DNA from: Fimicolochytrium jonesii
Taxonomy: Eukaryota
Reading direction: 5' to 3'
Assembly: GCF_025526975.1 (NCBI RefSeq)
Contig: NW_026515683.1
Span: 248,001 to 312,000 of the forward strand
DNA length: 64,000 bases
Under the pieces are notes generated by a model. The model was given only the letters and a program-made list of their open reading frames with translations. It was not told the origin of the DNA and did no database searches. Both the position numbers and the translations under genes were made by a program. Below, one piece after another: positions 1-11,449 of this stretch (the first letter of the stretch is position 1; every line of letters begins with the position of its first letter).

Positions 1-2252
1 GACTGCAAACAGCCAAGCACCGTGTTGTCCCATGACAACCATCTTCAGCAAACCGACGATTCAGACGATGCGCCGACGCAGGCTGTGGCAATGACGAGTG
101 ATGGACGGTATTTTGAGGTCAACATTCCTAAACATTACGCTATTGAGAATACTCTCGGGGGAGTGCGACAACAGGTATGTGGGTGCAGGCGGAGCGAGTG
201 GTGGTAGTCTGAGGCGACCCAACATTGCGCCGAGAGCGCTGGGATCCCCTCCCCTGCGGTTCCTAGCGAGCCTCAGCCAGCGTCAGGGCTTTTGCGAGCA
301 AAGCGAGCACCAGATTGCGCCAAAGGGGTCAATACTCCCCTTACCCACGTAGGCCAACATCCCTGTTTGTTCATGGATGGTTGATGGTTGATGAATGTCG
401 ATGTGGATGTGGATGGTTCAGAGGCGGTTGATTGATCGATTCGCCCAACTACCAATCTAACATTCACGCACATTCCTCCCATCCTTCTCGCAACAGCAAC
501 CCCACACCTACCCCTCCCACCACCCCAAAGACCTCGAATACGCGCACAGGGTGTCCACCCACACCACCCCCGACACATCCACGCGCACCTCGCCCCTCCT
601 CACCACCACCGCGGATGTAGTTGAATCCGCGCAGATGGACCCGGCATGGAGCGGCTCGACAACACCCAACACGCACCACTCGCAGTATGTGTCGCCGCAG
701 TTGGTGTTTAGCGCCAAGATGAATCGGTCGAGGGAGAGTACGGAGGGGATGTCGTGTGGGAATGCGTCGATGGGGGAGGATGAGGAGGCGGGTGGGTGGC
801 TTCACCAGCAGCCGTATGATGCTGCCGCGCCGGCGTTTGCGTACCCGTCGCAGACTCGAAAACGCCGACGGGGTTCGAATGGGTCTGTCGCGACGCATGA
901 GACTATGATGGATTTACAAGACGACATGGCCGGCGATTCGGAGAGTTTCACGCGCACGTCGGCTGCAGCGGCTGCGTACCCACTCAGCCACCCCTCGACT
1001 CTCCAACCCACGCACCCGTTCCCCACCTCCCTCGCCTCGTCGCACCGGCACAAAAAACAACAACATCAGCAACATCTCCAAGACCACCAACAACAGCACC
1101 ACCACGCCCAATTCCACCTCGCCCACCTCCACGCCGCGCACCGCGTCCAGTCAGCACACATTGCACACCTCGAGCACCTGAACGAAGGGCTGAGAACGGA
1201 GAATGAGCGGTTGGTCGCCATGTTGGTGGATGTATCCGCACAGATCAATGCGCAGAAGGCTTGGACTCTCCAGCAGCAGCAGCAGCAGGGGGCCCGACGG
1301 CGGCATAGTCTTGCTGCGACGACGACCGGGATGGAGAGGGATGTGGGCGGGAGGGGGGGGAAGATGTATGGCGATGTGGTTAAGGACCAGCGAGGCGCAG
1401 CCGCGACTCTGAAAAGTGAAGACATCATCGCACCCGCCGCGGAATACACATTCCCCCACCAACCGCTCATCGACGCACCCACGGCGGCAGCCAAGAAGCC
1501 CAAACGACGCTATTCGCGCTCGACCCCCGCCACCGACCTCGCCATCCCGTTCTCCGGGTCGATCCCGCTGCGCGACCCGTGTTTCCCCTCCGCGCCGGGG
1601 CTGACGATCGCGAGTTGGAACGGCGTGCCGGTGTATCAGATGGCGTGTACGAGGGTCGTCAGCGTCCCCGTTGCGCTCCCCATGCCCGCCTCGGCCAACG
1701 ATACCACCACCGACACCCCAACCCCACCCTCCACATCCCCCCCTCAGGTACCGCAAACCACCACAACAACCCGAACGACGACGCAGGTCATGCGCCGCCA
1801 GTCCGACGGCTGGGTCAACGCAACCCACATCCTCAAAGCCGCCGGGGTCGCGCGCGCCACTCGCCTACGTGTCCTGGAGCGTGATCTGCATAATGGGCCG
1901 CATGAGAAGGTGCAGGGGGGGTATGGGAAGTACCAGGGGACGTGGTGAGTGAAAAAACAGATCCATATTTTCTTATTTGGGGTGGGGATTTTTTGCTAAT
2001 GGGGGGTGTTTTTTGTGTACTAGGGTACCGGTGGAGATTGCACATCGATTGGCGGAACAGAACGGGATTCTGGAGACGCTGCTGCCGCTTTTGAGGGCCG
2101 GTGGGACCGATCCGACCGTCGGCCATGGGCCCGTTGCTGCAAAAACAACACCGCAGCCACCGACAATCAACGTCATCGCGCCCTCCGCGTCGACGACACC
2201 GACGTCGCCGACGGGGCGTGGGGATGGACTTGCCGTTGCCGGTGGTGTATAA
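1..2252 (+). CDS. APSES/KilA-N (Mbp1/Swi4-type) DNA-binding protein, 5' end outside window; exons <1-174, 497-1944, 2024-2252
   Basis: Spliced product contains [20 protein letters not shown]...[38 protein letters not shown], matching the Mbp1/Swi4/Res1 DNA-binding domain. Introns 175-496 (GTATGT..CAG) and 1945-2023 (GTGAGT..TAG) keep the frame. Confidence 0.88.
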
Positions 2253-2955
2253 CACCATCCATCCCTCAAAACAACCACGCGGAATAGTTCGACCTCATGA
2301 ACCTCTCAAATAACATTTCGGGTCCGCTCACACGAGCTTTCTATGAGCTTCTTCGTTTGATTTTGGCTACGAGAGAACCGGCAGGCAGGCGGGGTGTTTT
2401 GGGTTTATTTTATTCAACCTTACTTTTGGGAAACGAAGGGAGCGTATTTAGACGGTGTAATTTTAAGCTTTTTTTTTGGTTGAGGAGGGTGGGGTATTTA
2501 TGATGACTTTATTGAAGGGAAGGAGGGGTTGTATAGTAGGTTGTAATGGGGGGTAAATGGATAAATAATGAACGTAATGTTAGTTGTGTTATATGTCAGT
2601 TGGAAATGCATCTGAAGGTTATATAATGGGGCCCCCCATTTGAGGAAGGGATTCGAAGGACAGTTGAGGAAGGGAGGTTCTCGCAAGCGGGCGAATGCGC
2701 GAGAACGAATATAAATAGAAGGACAAACGCGTGACCACTATAACTGTTGGCGGCCCACGTCACAACTGGGAGCGCCCGCGTCCACGCCTCTATTATCAAA
2801 CGACAACCGTCCAGCCGAAAGCCCATTTCGCACGACCACGACGAACGACGAACGACAACCACAGACACGGCACTTACATACACAGTACATATAGCAAAAT
2901 ACACGGAACCCAACGAGCCCCTCCCCCCCGGCAGCACTCAGAAAACACCCCCAAA

Positions 2956-3988
2956 ATGTCCTCCTACTTCACCCCCTCCACCGGCCGCCCATCATCCTTC
3001 TGGGAAACCGCCTCCACCCTGCGCTGGGATAACCTCAGCGCGCCGCTAACCCCCGCCGTACACAGACACCTGAGGAACGTGTACTCGAACCTGGCGGCGA
3101 TGCTTGCAGTGTCCGCGATCGGTGCTTATGCGGATGTCACGGGGGTCGTGACGGGGGGGATTTGGAGTGCGTTTGCAGGGTTGGGATGTTTGTGTGAGTA
3201 TCGGGGCGTGGCGAGGAGAAGGAATGGTTGAGGGCGGCGAGGCCGAGCGAAGCGAGGCCGAACGTACTGGGCCGGAGGCATTGCGGATCAGACACCAGCC
3301 CAACCTTCTGGTCACGAGCGGAGCGAGCAGGGTGTCGTTAAACCATCTGCTCCATCTTGATGGTTGATGATGGGTTGATGGGTTGATGGGTTGACCGGTT
3401 ACTGACATTCTCACTTCCTGATTTGTTTTATCAGTGGCGTTCAACTACTACAAAGCCGCGAGCGGTCGAAACGACACCACCCGAAAAGCGCTTCTGTACG
3501 GGTTCGCCTTCCTAAAAGGCCTCTCCATCGGGCCCCTCATCTCCTCCGCCCTCTACTTCGACCCCTCCATCATCCCCAAATCCCTCCTCGGCACCGCCCT
3601 CATCTTCGCCTCCTTCACCCTCAGCGTGCTCACCTCCCCGTCCCGCAGCGCAATCTACACCCGCGGGCTCATCGCAACCGGCACCTCGCTCCTCTTCTTC
3701 CTGTCCATCTTCAACCTCTTCGCGGGCTCTTCCCGCCTGTTCTCGTTGGAACTGTATTTGGGCCTGTTGGTGTTTGCCGGGTTTGTGGTGTTTGACACGC
3801 AGGTCATGGTGCAGAATGCCGAGGTTGCCGCGCGCGCGGCGGGGAAGTTGGATTATTTGGAGGATTCGATGCAGCTTTATGTGGACTTTGTAGCCATCTT
3901 CGTGCGGTTGCTTGTGCTTTTGCAGAAGAAGGCGGCGGATAAGGAGGAGGATCGAAGGAGGAAGAAGCGGGATGAAAGAAGGAGGTAG
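2956..3988 (+). CDS. Bax inhibitor-1 (TMBIM) family membrane protein; exons 2956-3193, 3435-3988
   Basis: Motifs HLRNVYSNL, LYLGLLVFAGFVVFDTQ and LYVDFVAIFVRLLVLL, plus a basic C-terminal tail. Intron 3194-3434 is GT-AG and in frame. Confidence 0.92.
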
Positions 3989-4238
3989 ATTTCCTGTGTG
4001 TTAGGAAGTCGAACCCGCACTGAACATCTTTTGGAAACTATCACGTTTGAATACATTCAGTATCTGTCTCGTAGCGAAATTCGGTAGCGCTTCACTTTAC
4101 TCGAGATCCTCGGTTTTGCATTTTCGAAATATTTACAGCGAAAAATCCGAATCCTACCGGGCCGGAAAGACATATGTGTATGACCCCCTCTAAAAGCAAA
4201 GTTCCAACCCCTCGATACTCCCCCCATTCGTCTCCCCA

Positions 4239-5263
4239 TTACGAGCTCTTCTTGGATTTCCGGCTTCCACCGCCACTCGCCCGCGACATCTCCCCGCCGT
4301 CCCCCTTCTTGGCCACATTGAACCTCGCCTTTATCGCCGTGACCATCTTGAAGAACCACAACACATTCAGCCCGTTCAGCAGCACATTCCCGACGGCATA
4401 CACCCACAGAAACACATTCGAGATCTCGCTCTTGTTGCGATGCATCATGACGAAGAAATCGTACGAGTTGTAGAACCCGTAGCAGATCCGTGCGGAGAAG
4501 AAGACGAGGACGAGGACCACGCCGTTGATGAGTTGCAGGCGGGAGCCGGAGCGGCCGGTTTTGTCGCAGAACCAGTGGATGTTGAGGAAGGGTGTTGAGA
4601 GCTCGAAGAGGAGGAAGGGCGTGCCGTAGTAGTTCAGGAAGGGTTTCTGGCGGGGGCGGGGGGGGGGGGGACGAGAGAGCGATATGATGTTTGAGCATAG
4701 GTTCGGTGCCCATCCTTCGTACTATTCGAAAGTGGCGGACACGGAGGGGGGTGGGAGGAACTTACAAAAGACATAGCAAAGATGCACAAGCAAGCAATGC
4801 CATGCACCGCAAACCCCACGCCAAACTGCTTCACATAATACACCGACACGATCGAGTCCCACAGAAAGTACCCGCACGCGATGGCGTGCACAAACCCGGC
4901 CTCGGCGTCATACGCCCCGATCTTGTCCCCCGCCAGCCTCGCCCTCACCAGCGCCTCCGGCCCGCTCGGGTCGATCCACGGGGCCAGCACCTGCCGCCCG
5001 GCAAGCCAGCAGATGATGACCGAGTGGAGGAGTGAGACGACATGGATGCACCAGTCGGCCTTCTTCGCGGGTGTGAGGCGGGCGTAGTGGGCGCGCGCCG
5101 GCCCGGGGAGGCGGAGGGAGAGGGTGTTGGAGAGACGGTAGATTGTGTGGCAGACGAAGGCGGAGAGGAGGATGATGTGGCCGTGGATGGCGAGTTTGGG
5201 GAGGTGGAAGAGTTGGGCGAGGAGGAGGGGCAGTTGTTGGGAGAGGAGGGGGCCCGAGGACAT
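4239..5263 (-). CDS. TLC (TRAM/LAG1/CLN8) domain membrane protein, TMEM56/TLCD4-like; exons 5263-4766, 4646-4239
   Basis: Motifs VVSLLHS, ACGYFLWD, FAVHG, FLLFELSTPFLNIHW and NVLLNGLNVLWFFKM, with multiple TM helices. Confidence 0.9.
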
Positions 5264-5868
5264 TGTTGTGGTGGGGGGTTTTGGTGGTGTGTGGACGACA
5301 GGGGGGTTTGGAAGTGCCGAGCGGAGGCCGACGGGGTGATGGGATCGTAGCGTGTCTCTGGCGGCGACGGCGAGTGTGATTCGTCCCTATGTTTCTAAGA
5401 GCGAGGAGTGCGAGGGATGCCACATTGAAAAAAAGCGCCCTCGGGTTGCTGGGAGGTTGAGACTCTGGAGAGCCTCGATGGACGGGATCTCCGCTCAGAC
5501 GGTCTCCGCGGTCAAATGCGGCGCGATCCGATCCCTTCCGGCCGTCAATCAATTCACGACCTCGACGAACGTGCGGTCATTCCACCGTTACTTCAAATTC
5601 ACCTGCTTATACGTTTTTCGAACGTTTTCCTTGACCCACGAACTCACTTCTCCAGACGCACTCAGAATATGAGAAAATTTACATATGATAATATCACATT
5701 GAGAACTGGAATGTACACGATGGCCGGCAAAAAAAGGGGCCTAAAAGTCAAGCTATACAATAGTCACCAAAAAAACGGGCGGTGGATGGGATTATTGTGT
5801 CCGTCGCGGATGGGCGTCGGTCTTTTGCGATGATGGGTTCAGCCAAAAAAAGGGATGGAAGGCGGCTT

Positions 5869-8800
5869 TCATACTTGGTCTTCCAAAAATGCGTCGATCT
5901 CTTTCATCTGAGAACCCAATCAAGAGTGTGATGAGTATTGGTACCGTTTCCGTAGAGTGATGCTCCCGGGCCCGGGGCAGTGCAGCCATCCGAAAAACAA
6001 GATACAAAACACACACGAGTTTGTCCCGACACCCACCTGATCATCCAATTCCGAATTCATCCTCGAACTCGGCTGCGGGCGAACATGCAGGCCATCCCCT
6101 TTGCCTACATGTCCCATATCATCCCCAATCGATTCCAGCAGGTCCAGATCCGACAAATTCGACAGACTGAGGTCACGTTTATGCTTGAGACTGGACTCCG
6201 ACGGTGGCTGTATTGGCAGTTGGGCACCACCATGCCATGTAGAGGGCCGTGATGACGAAGAAGAGGGTTGGGAGCTGGCTTCTACGGTGGATTTCGGGCG
6301 TGCGGGGGATGGAGTGGCGCCGCGGGAGGGGCGGGAGGACGGTGGTGGGGTGGTGAGGTGTTGGGTGTAGGCGTCGATGGCGGCGAGGAGAACATCGTTT
6401 GTGGAGAGTATTCTCACTATTGGCGAAAAAGGACGGAATGGGTTAAAGTTGAGCACCATTGACACAACGTTCTTCTGAATACACCATACGCACTCATGAC
6501 GTCCTCGTTTAGCTTCGCGGTCGTCTGACTGACGAGGTTCTCCAGGACGCCTTGGAAACTCTTTGTTTGGTCATACAATTGCTGCAAAATAGTGTTGAAG
6601 ATCAGTTCACAACCTTCGCAAACTCGACTCCCAGGGAAATGAGGATCATACCTGCAAAACCTCGGCATCGCCCCCAGCGGCAATCATCTCCAACAACACC
6701 GTCGCAACATCCGCAGCCGTGATCATATCATTCGCCAAGCGCTCCGTGTCGATTTCCCCAGAAGCCAGGGCAGCCCGCGGTGGTGGGGAGATGGGCGAGG
6801 CGCTGTGGAGCGCTGTTGGCGTCAATGGCTCGGCGGTCCGGATCTCAAGGTTGCGGTGGCAGTACATATCGATGTCGTTAAGGAAGTGTGCTAGGTCTGG
6901 GTCGTCCTATCGTTGATTGAAGGGGTTGTATCAACGTCATAAAATTGGCAGGCCGAAGCGAAAGTTTATGATGGCGTTCATTGGCAAACTTACGTCGTAA
7001 CGATCCATTCCAGGCACAACATACTTCTTTAGCACCGGCGCAACATCCAACGCCACAATTCCTTTGTTCATCTTCATGGACACCGAGATAGCCATCACGC
7101 CCGCCAGTTCCAGTGGGTTATGCGTCAAATCGAGCCGGCGGAGGCTTCGGGTTAGAGGAAGAGACTCGGCAAGTGCTATGGCGCCTATGGAGACGTAAGT
7201 CGAAATCATTAGGGGCGTCGCTTTGGCCAATGCGATTCCGGAGGACGCGTACCTTCTGATGTAAGCTCGGTATTCGCCAGATTGAGGGTCTCCAACGACT
7301 TGTTATGCGTTAACGCATCTTTCAAAGCAGTGACCTAGGAAATCTCTTCAGTATATTGTCGAAAGTTGTAGATACTTCCGCGAATTGGGAACAAAACATA
7401 CCGCTTCGAGCTGATTGTTCTTGTCCAGCGACGCTCCGCTGAGATCGAGAACGCGGAGGGCGTTGTTCGTTTTCTAAGGGAGAGAAGTTGATTACGCGAC
7501 TGAAGCCGATATAGGTCATACTCATGACTCTACGGCCAACATACCAGTGCATCAGCCAGCTCTGCTATGCTATCCGAATCAAGTGCTCTGCTATTGCTCA
7601 AGTACAACTCTTCCAGTCTCTGGTTGTGCTTCAGCGCTCTTGGAAACGCTGTGAACGACCGCTAATACCGCGAAGGATAACGGAACAACTCAGTAGCCGC
7701 CTTCCCGGGTCTCTAAGGAATTCGAGGAAAACGGACAACATACCCCAATGGCATTATCACCCAAATCCAGCACCCTAAGCCCTCGAACAATGTACGTCGA
7801 TGTTGTGATAACGGATAATGGGACCCCATTCGCCCCTGACGAGCTGCCAGGCCCCAGTAGGAGGGAAAGCGCGGATCCCGAGTCACGGAATAGTTTCGCG
7901 TTGCCGCGCAAGGAAAGCGATGTGAGCCGGGAATCTGCTATCCCTGAGGCTTTGGGAGGTGACGTTAAATGAATGTCAGCATCGCTGAAGATTGGCGTGA
8001 GGGGGTTTGGCAAGAGTATGACGTACCGAAAATGGAGAGTAGAGATGGCGACATGTCACACTGATCCATCCTCATCGTCTCCAGTGCAGCTCCTTCTTTC
8101 AGCGCGTGCGCAAGGAATGAGACGCTCCGTTGATCAAACGGGAGGCCCGTTACGTCCAGTGTGCGGAGGGAGGTCGCCTGGACATACAAGATCAATACCA
8201 CAACATCAACGTGAACACAAGCGCTCGTTGTTGATTGACAAACCTTCTTCACGTATACAGCCAAGTGCTTCAGCGAAGGGCCTCGGACCTTTTTGGCATG
8301 CGCTAATGATAGCTCGCGAACAGTATCATGTGCCAGTAATGCCGAAAGGAGCGGCTTCAGGGTCTATATGCGGAGTGAGTTAGTGAAAATCTCCGAGAAC
8401 AAAGCGCAACGAAGACGTCATATCACCTCATCATCCAAGGTAACATGGCTGAGACTCAGCTTGCGGAGAGGATATTTGGTCGACAGCAAGTCCGATAAAC
8501 TCGCCACGTTCCTCGGTCCCACAACAATGCCATCAAAGGATAAGCTGCTTAACCGCGTGCCGTCGCCATCCTCGTTGTCTCCCCCATGCTGCCCCTCGAA
8601 TGTTACAGCCGTCAGACTTGCCGTCTCATTGGGAAGCACAGACTTCCTAATCTGGCTTGCTATCGACTCTACCATGACTTCATTCCGAAGCAGACAGCGG
8701 GTCTGGTAGAACGTCAACAGTGCATCGGGTGTTGTGACATGTGAAGCTGAGGGTGCAGGTCGTACTATCGGCGACGCGGACGCCGCGCCCGCACCCACGG

Positions 8801-10802
8801 TCGTATTTGAGTACTCATTCTGGAAGTAGTCACTCGACTCTGACATCCTCGTCGCTGGGGACCACAGCTGGTGCTGCGGATTAGCACCATCATCTAATGG
8901 TGAATCCCAACCCTCCCACGCGGAAGGTGACATCGGGGGAAGGGAGTTTTGAGAGGATACGGACATCGGGCTAGACGGTGCGGGGGAGACCTCACCGTCC
9001 GCTAGTGCACTGGCTTGTGCGGCAAGCACGTGAGAGCGGAGATCTGGGAAGGAGAACCGCACATGCTTTTCTTGTGTTGGGTTGTGCGCCGACAGAGGGC
9101 GCTGAGGGGATGGCTGTGGTGTAGCGCGGGATGGGGATTGGGGAGGGGCACTGGAATTTGAGGCAGAAGATAGGGGTCGCCTCGTGAAGAGTGGTGTCTC
9201 GTCCGTTTGCCGTGACGCATTGGATTGCAACGAATCGCTGGAGCCGCCGATAACGAACGCAGACTTCTGGATCGGGGGTGCTGGCGTCGGTCGGGTATCC
9301 TTGGTTCCATTATGAGGTTCGTCGTCACTTGAATCCGTCAAATCGCTCGAGATCTGTTTCAACAGAGGTTTCACTTTGCCCTGAAAGGACGTCAGAGCCT
9401 GCTTGCCCATCTGCGTCAGCCCGCGAGGGAAGAGCGATCCACCAGCCGGATTACTATTTCCCGCGCTACCCTCCTTCGCGTTGGCCGTGTTGGTCGCGGC
9501 GTGTCTATGATCTAGCGCCGCCATGTTCTGCGCAAAGTTCGAGAAGAAACCCGAAGTCACGCCACCAAGACTGCCGAAGTTCATCTGATTCGCCGCGCTG
9601 GCTGCCGGATTGCTTGCTAGCGAGGGATTACTGTTTTTCAAGATGCTTTTGGTGGGCGCCCGAACCGCTCCGGGCTCATGAAGAACTTCGGGTTCAGAGC
9701 TTTGCCTGCGCCCAGCTGAGGGCGACGACGCACCGAGTTCGACACCCCGGATACCATCTCCATCGCCAGTTCGTTCTACTATATATGCAACTACGACATC
9801 CAACAATGGTGGAACAGGTGGCGGAATCTCTGGTTTCTTCCCAACCTTGGGCGAGGAGCCACCGGTCTGTCCCTGTGCTTCGCTTTCCTGGATTCGTTTT
9901 TCCTCATTTTGTTTCCTTTGTTTGATACACTTCCTCAGTGCTATTTCGCACACTTTCGGCTCAAAGCCCATGGCGAGCAGCTGCGCGTAGGTACCATCAA
10001 CATCCTCCGACATCCCAGTGAGGGATGAACTAGACCCGCCACGACTCAGCCCCGGACGTTCGTCAGTGGAGGCGGTTTCCCTGGTGTACGTCGGATCCCA
10101 TGCGGGGGTGTTGGTGGGTGGGGACTGTGAGAAGGCGCGCCCCTTTCCACGTGCTTCTGAGCGCGCGCGGGCAGCTTCTGGATCTAACGCAATCGGACTA
10201 GTATCGCTATCGCTCCCACCGCTAGGTTGGGAGTTCGAGGCCTCCACATTGATCGGCGCGGCAGCACTACTGGATCCGATCAACAAGATATCATCTGGGG
10301 TCTCCATAGCGATCTCAGCCAGGTTGGCCTGGGCAACTTTGGTGACCGACGGTACGACTTTATCAATGGTTGCGGTTTCGAGCGACTGCCGCCGTCTCGT
10401 GATCGGGCCTTCTGTGCTTCCACTCCCAGTGCCCAGCGTACCCGTTGTCACGCTCGTGCCGACATCAGATCCGCGGGCGGGTATCGTCCTTTCGTTCGAT
10501 CCACCGAAGCCACTCCCAAGGGCACCCAAATCCTCTTCCGAACTCTCCATGCCATCCATAGGTTGTCCGATACCCCGTCCGACGCCGAGCTCTTCCTCAT
10601 TCGCGCCATCATCTCCATCGGAGGCAGCAAGCGCGTTTTCCACGACCGGCGGACTAACGCCTCCAACTGGGGGACTCCCTACAACCGCCGTTGTGAGATC
10701 TGCATCGTCCATATCATTATCCAATGCAGGCGATGCTGCTTTGTGTTTCGAGGTCGATATGGGGGGTGTTGTCGCAGAACGACGTGATGTAGTTTGTGGC
10801 AT
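5869..10802 (-). CDS. Multi-exon RNI-like leucine-rich-repeat protein with UBA-like segment and PP1-docking motifs (Mhp1/Gip3/PPP1R37-like)
   Basis: LRRs LRKLSLSH, LRTLDVTG, LTSLSLRGN, LRVLDLGDNAIG and LRRLDLTHNPL. UBA-like AQLLAMGF. Motifs KSILK and KHVRF. Last exon reads MKEIDAFLEDQV*. The start codon is uncertain. Confidence 0.75.
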
Positions 10803-11449
10803 GGGTGCGGCTGGAATTCTCAAAGAGAGTAAGATGCTGATCTAAACTAATCAAAAAGCCACAGGCTTCAGTCGGGCGTCCACCCCGCTTCCGACCGCTC
10901 CAGCCTCGTATGGACACAGGCCCACGCCGCCGATTCACGCTACGGTAAAGGCAGTGCGCGAACACTGACCTTTGACGATTCCCGATTCCCGATTCTTTAG
11001 TAGATCTGGGCCAACTCTATGGGTGAGCACGGTGTCCTACCAGGCAAAGGTGAGCCGGAGAAGTACAAAACATACTGTAGTGTACAAAGACCTCGAACCA
11101 CGCATTCGTTTTCTCCCAACAAAGAAAGCCCGTCCCCTACGCGGACACGGACACCGACTATTGATAGGGCGTATTAAGGCGGTAGGACGAAAGCGGATTA
11201 TACTGTAGTGTTTGGTTGGCTAGCGATGAAAGGACCGAGATGCATCGCAAAATGGAGTGGGAACTTGTGAGGGCGGCATAGAAATGGAGAGCGAAATTAA
11301 CTCTGTGGATGTCACATGATTGTTCTGATCCTTTTATTCTCTCCTCCCGACCCACTCCCGACCCCTGCCCCCTGCCTAGGTACCTGCTCCATCTGTCCAA
11401 AGGCGCCCCCAGATCACCTCGTTTTGACCAACACCCAAACCTCGACATA

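Noticed and set aside
3356..3405. TGATGA...CTGA in the BI-1 intron as a C/D snoRNA
   Set aside because: It is too short, the TGATGA is part of a GATGGGTT microsatellite, and the CTGA is the likely branch site.
10018..10845. Long antisense ORFs (also 34380-34994, 44794-45426, 50253-50879, 53663-54385)
   Set aside because: They are shadow frames opposite well-supported genes and have no recognisable motifs.
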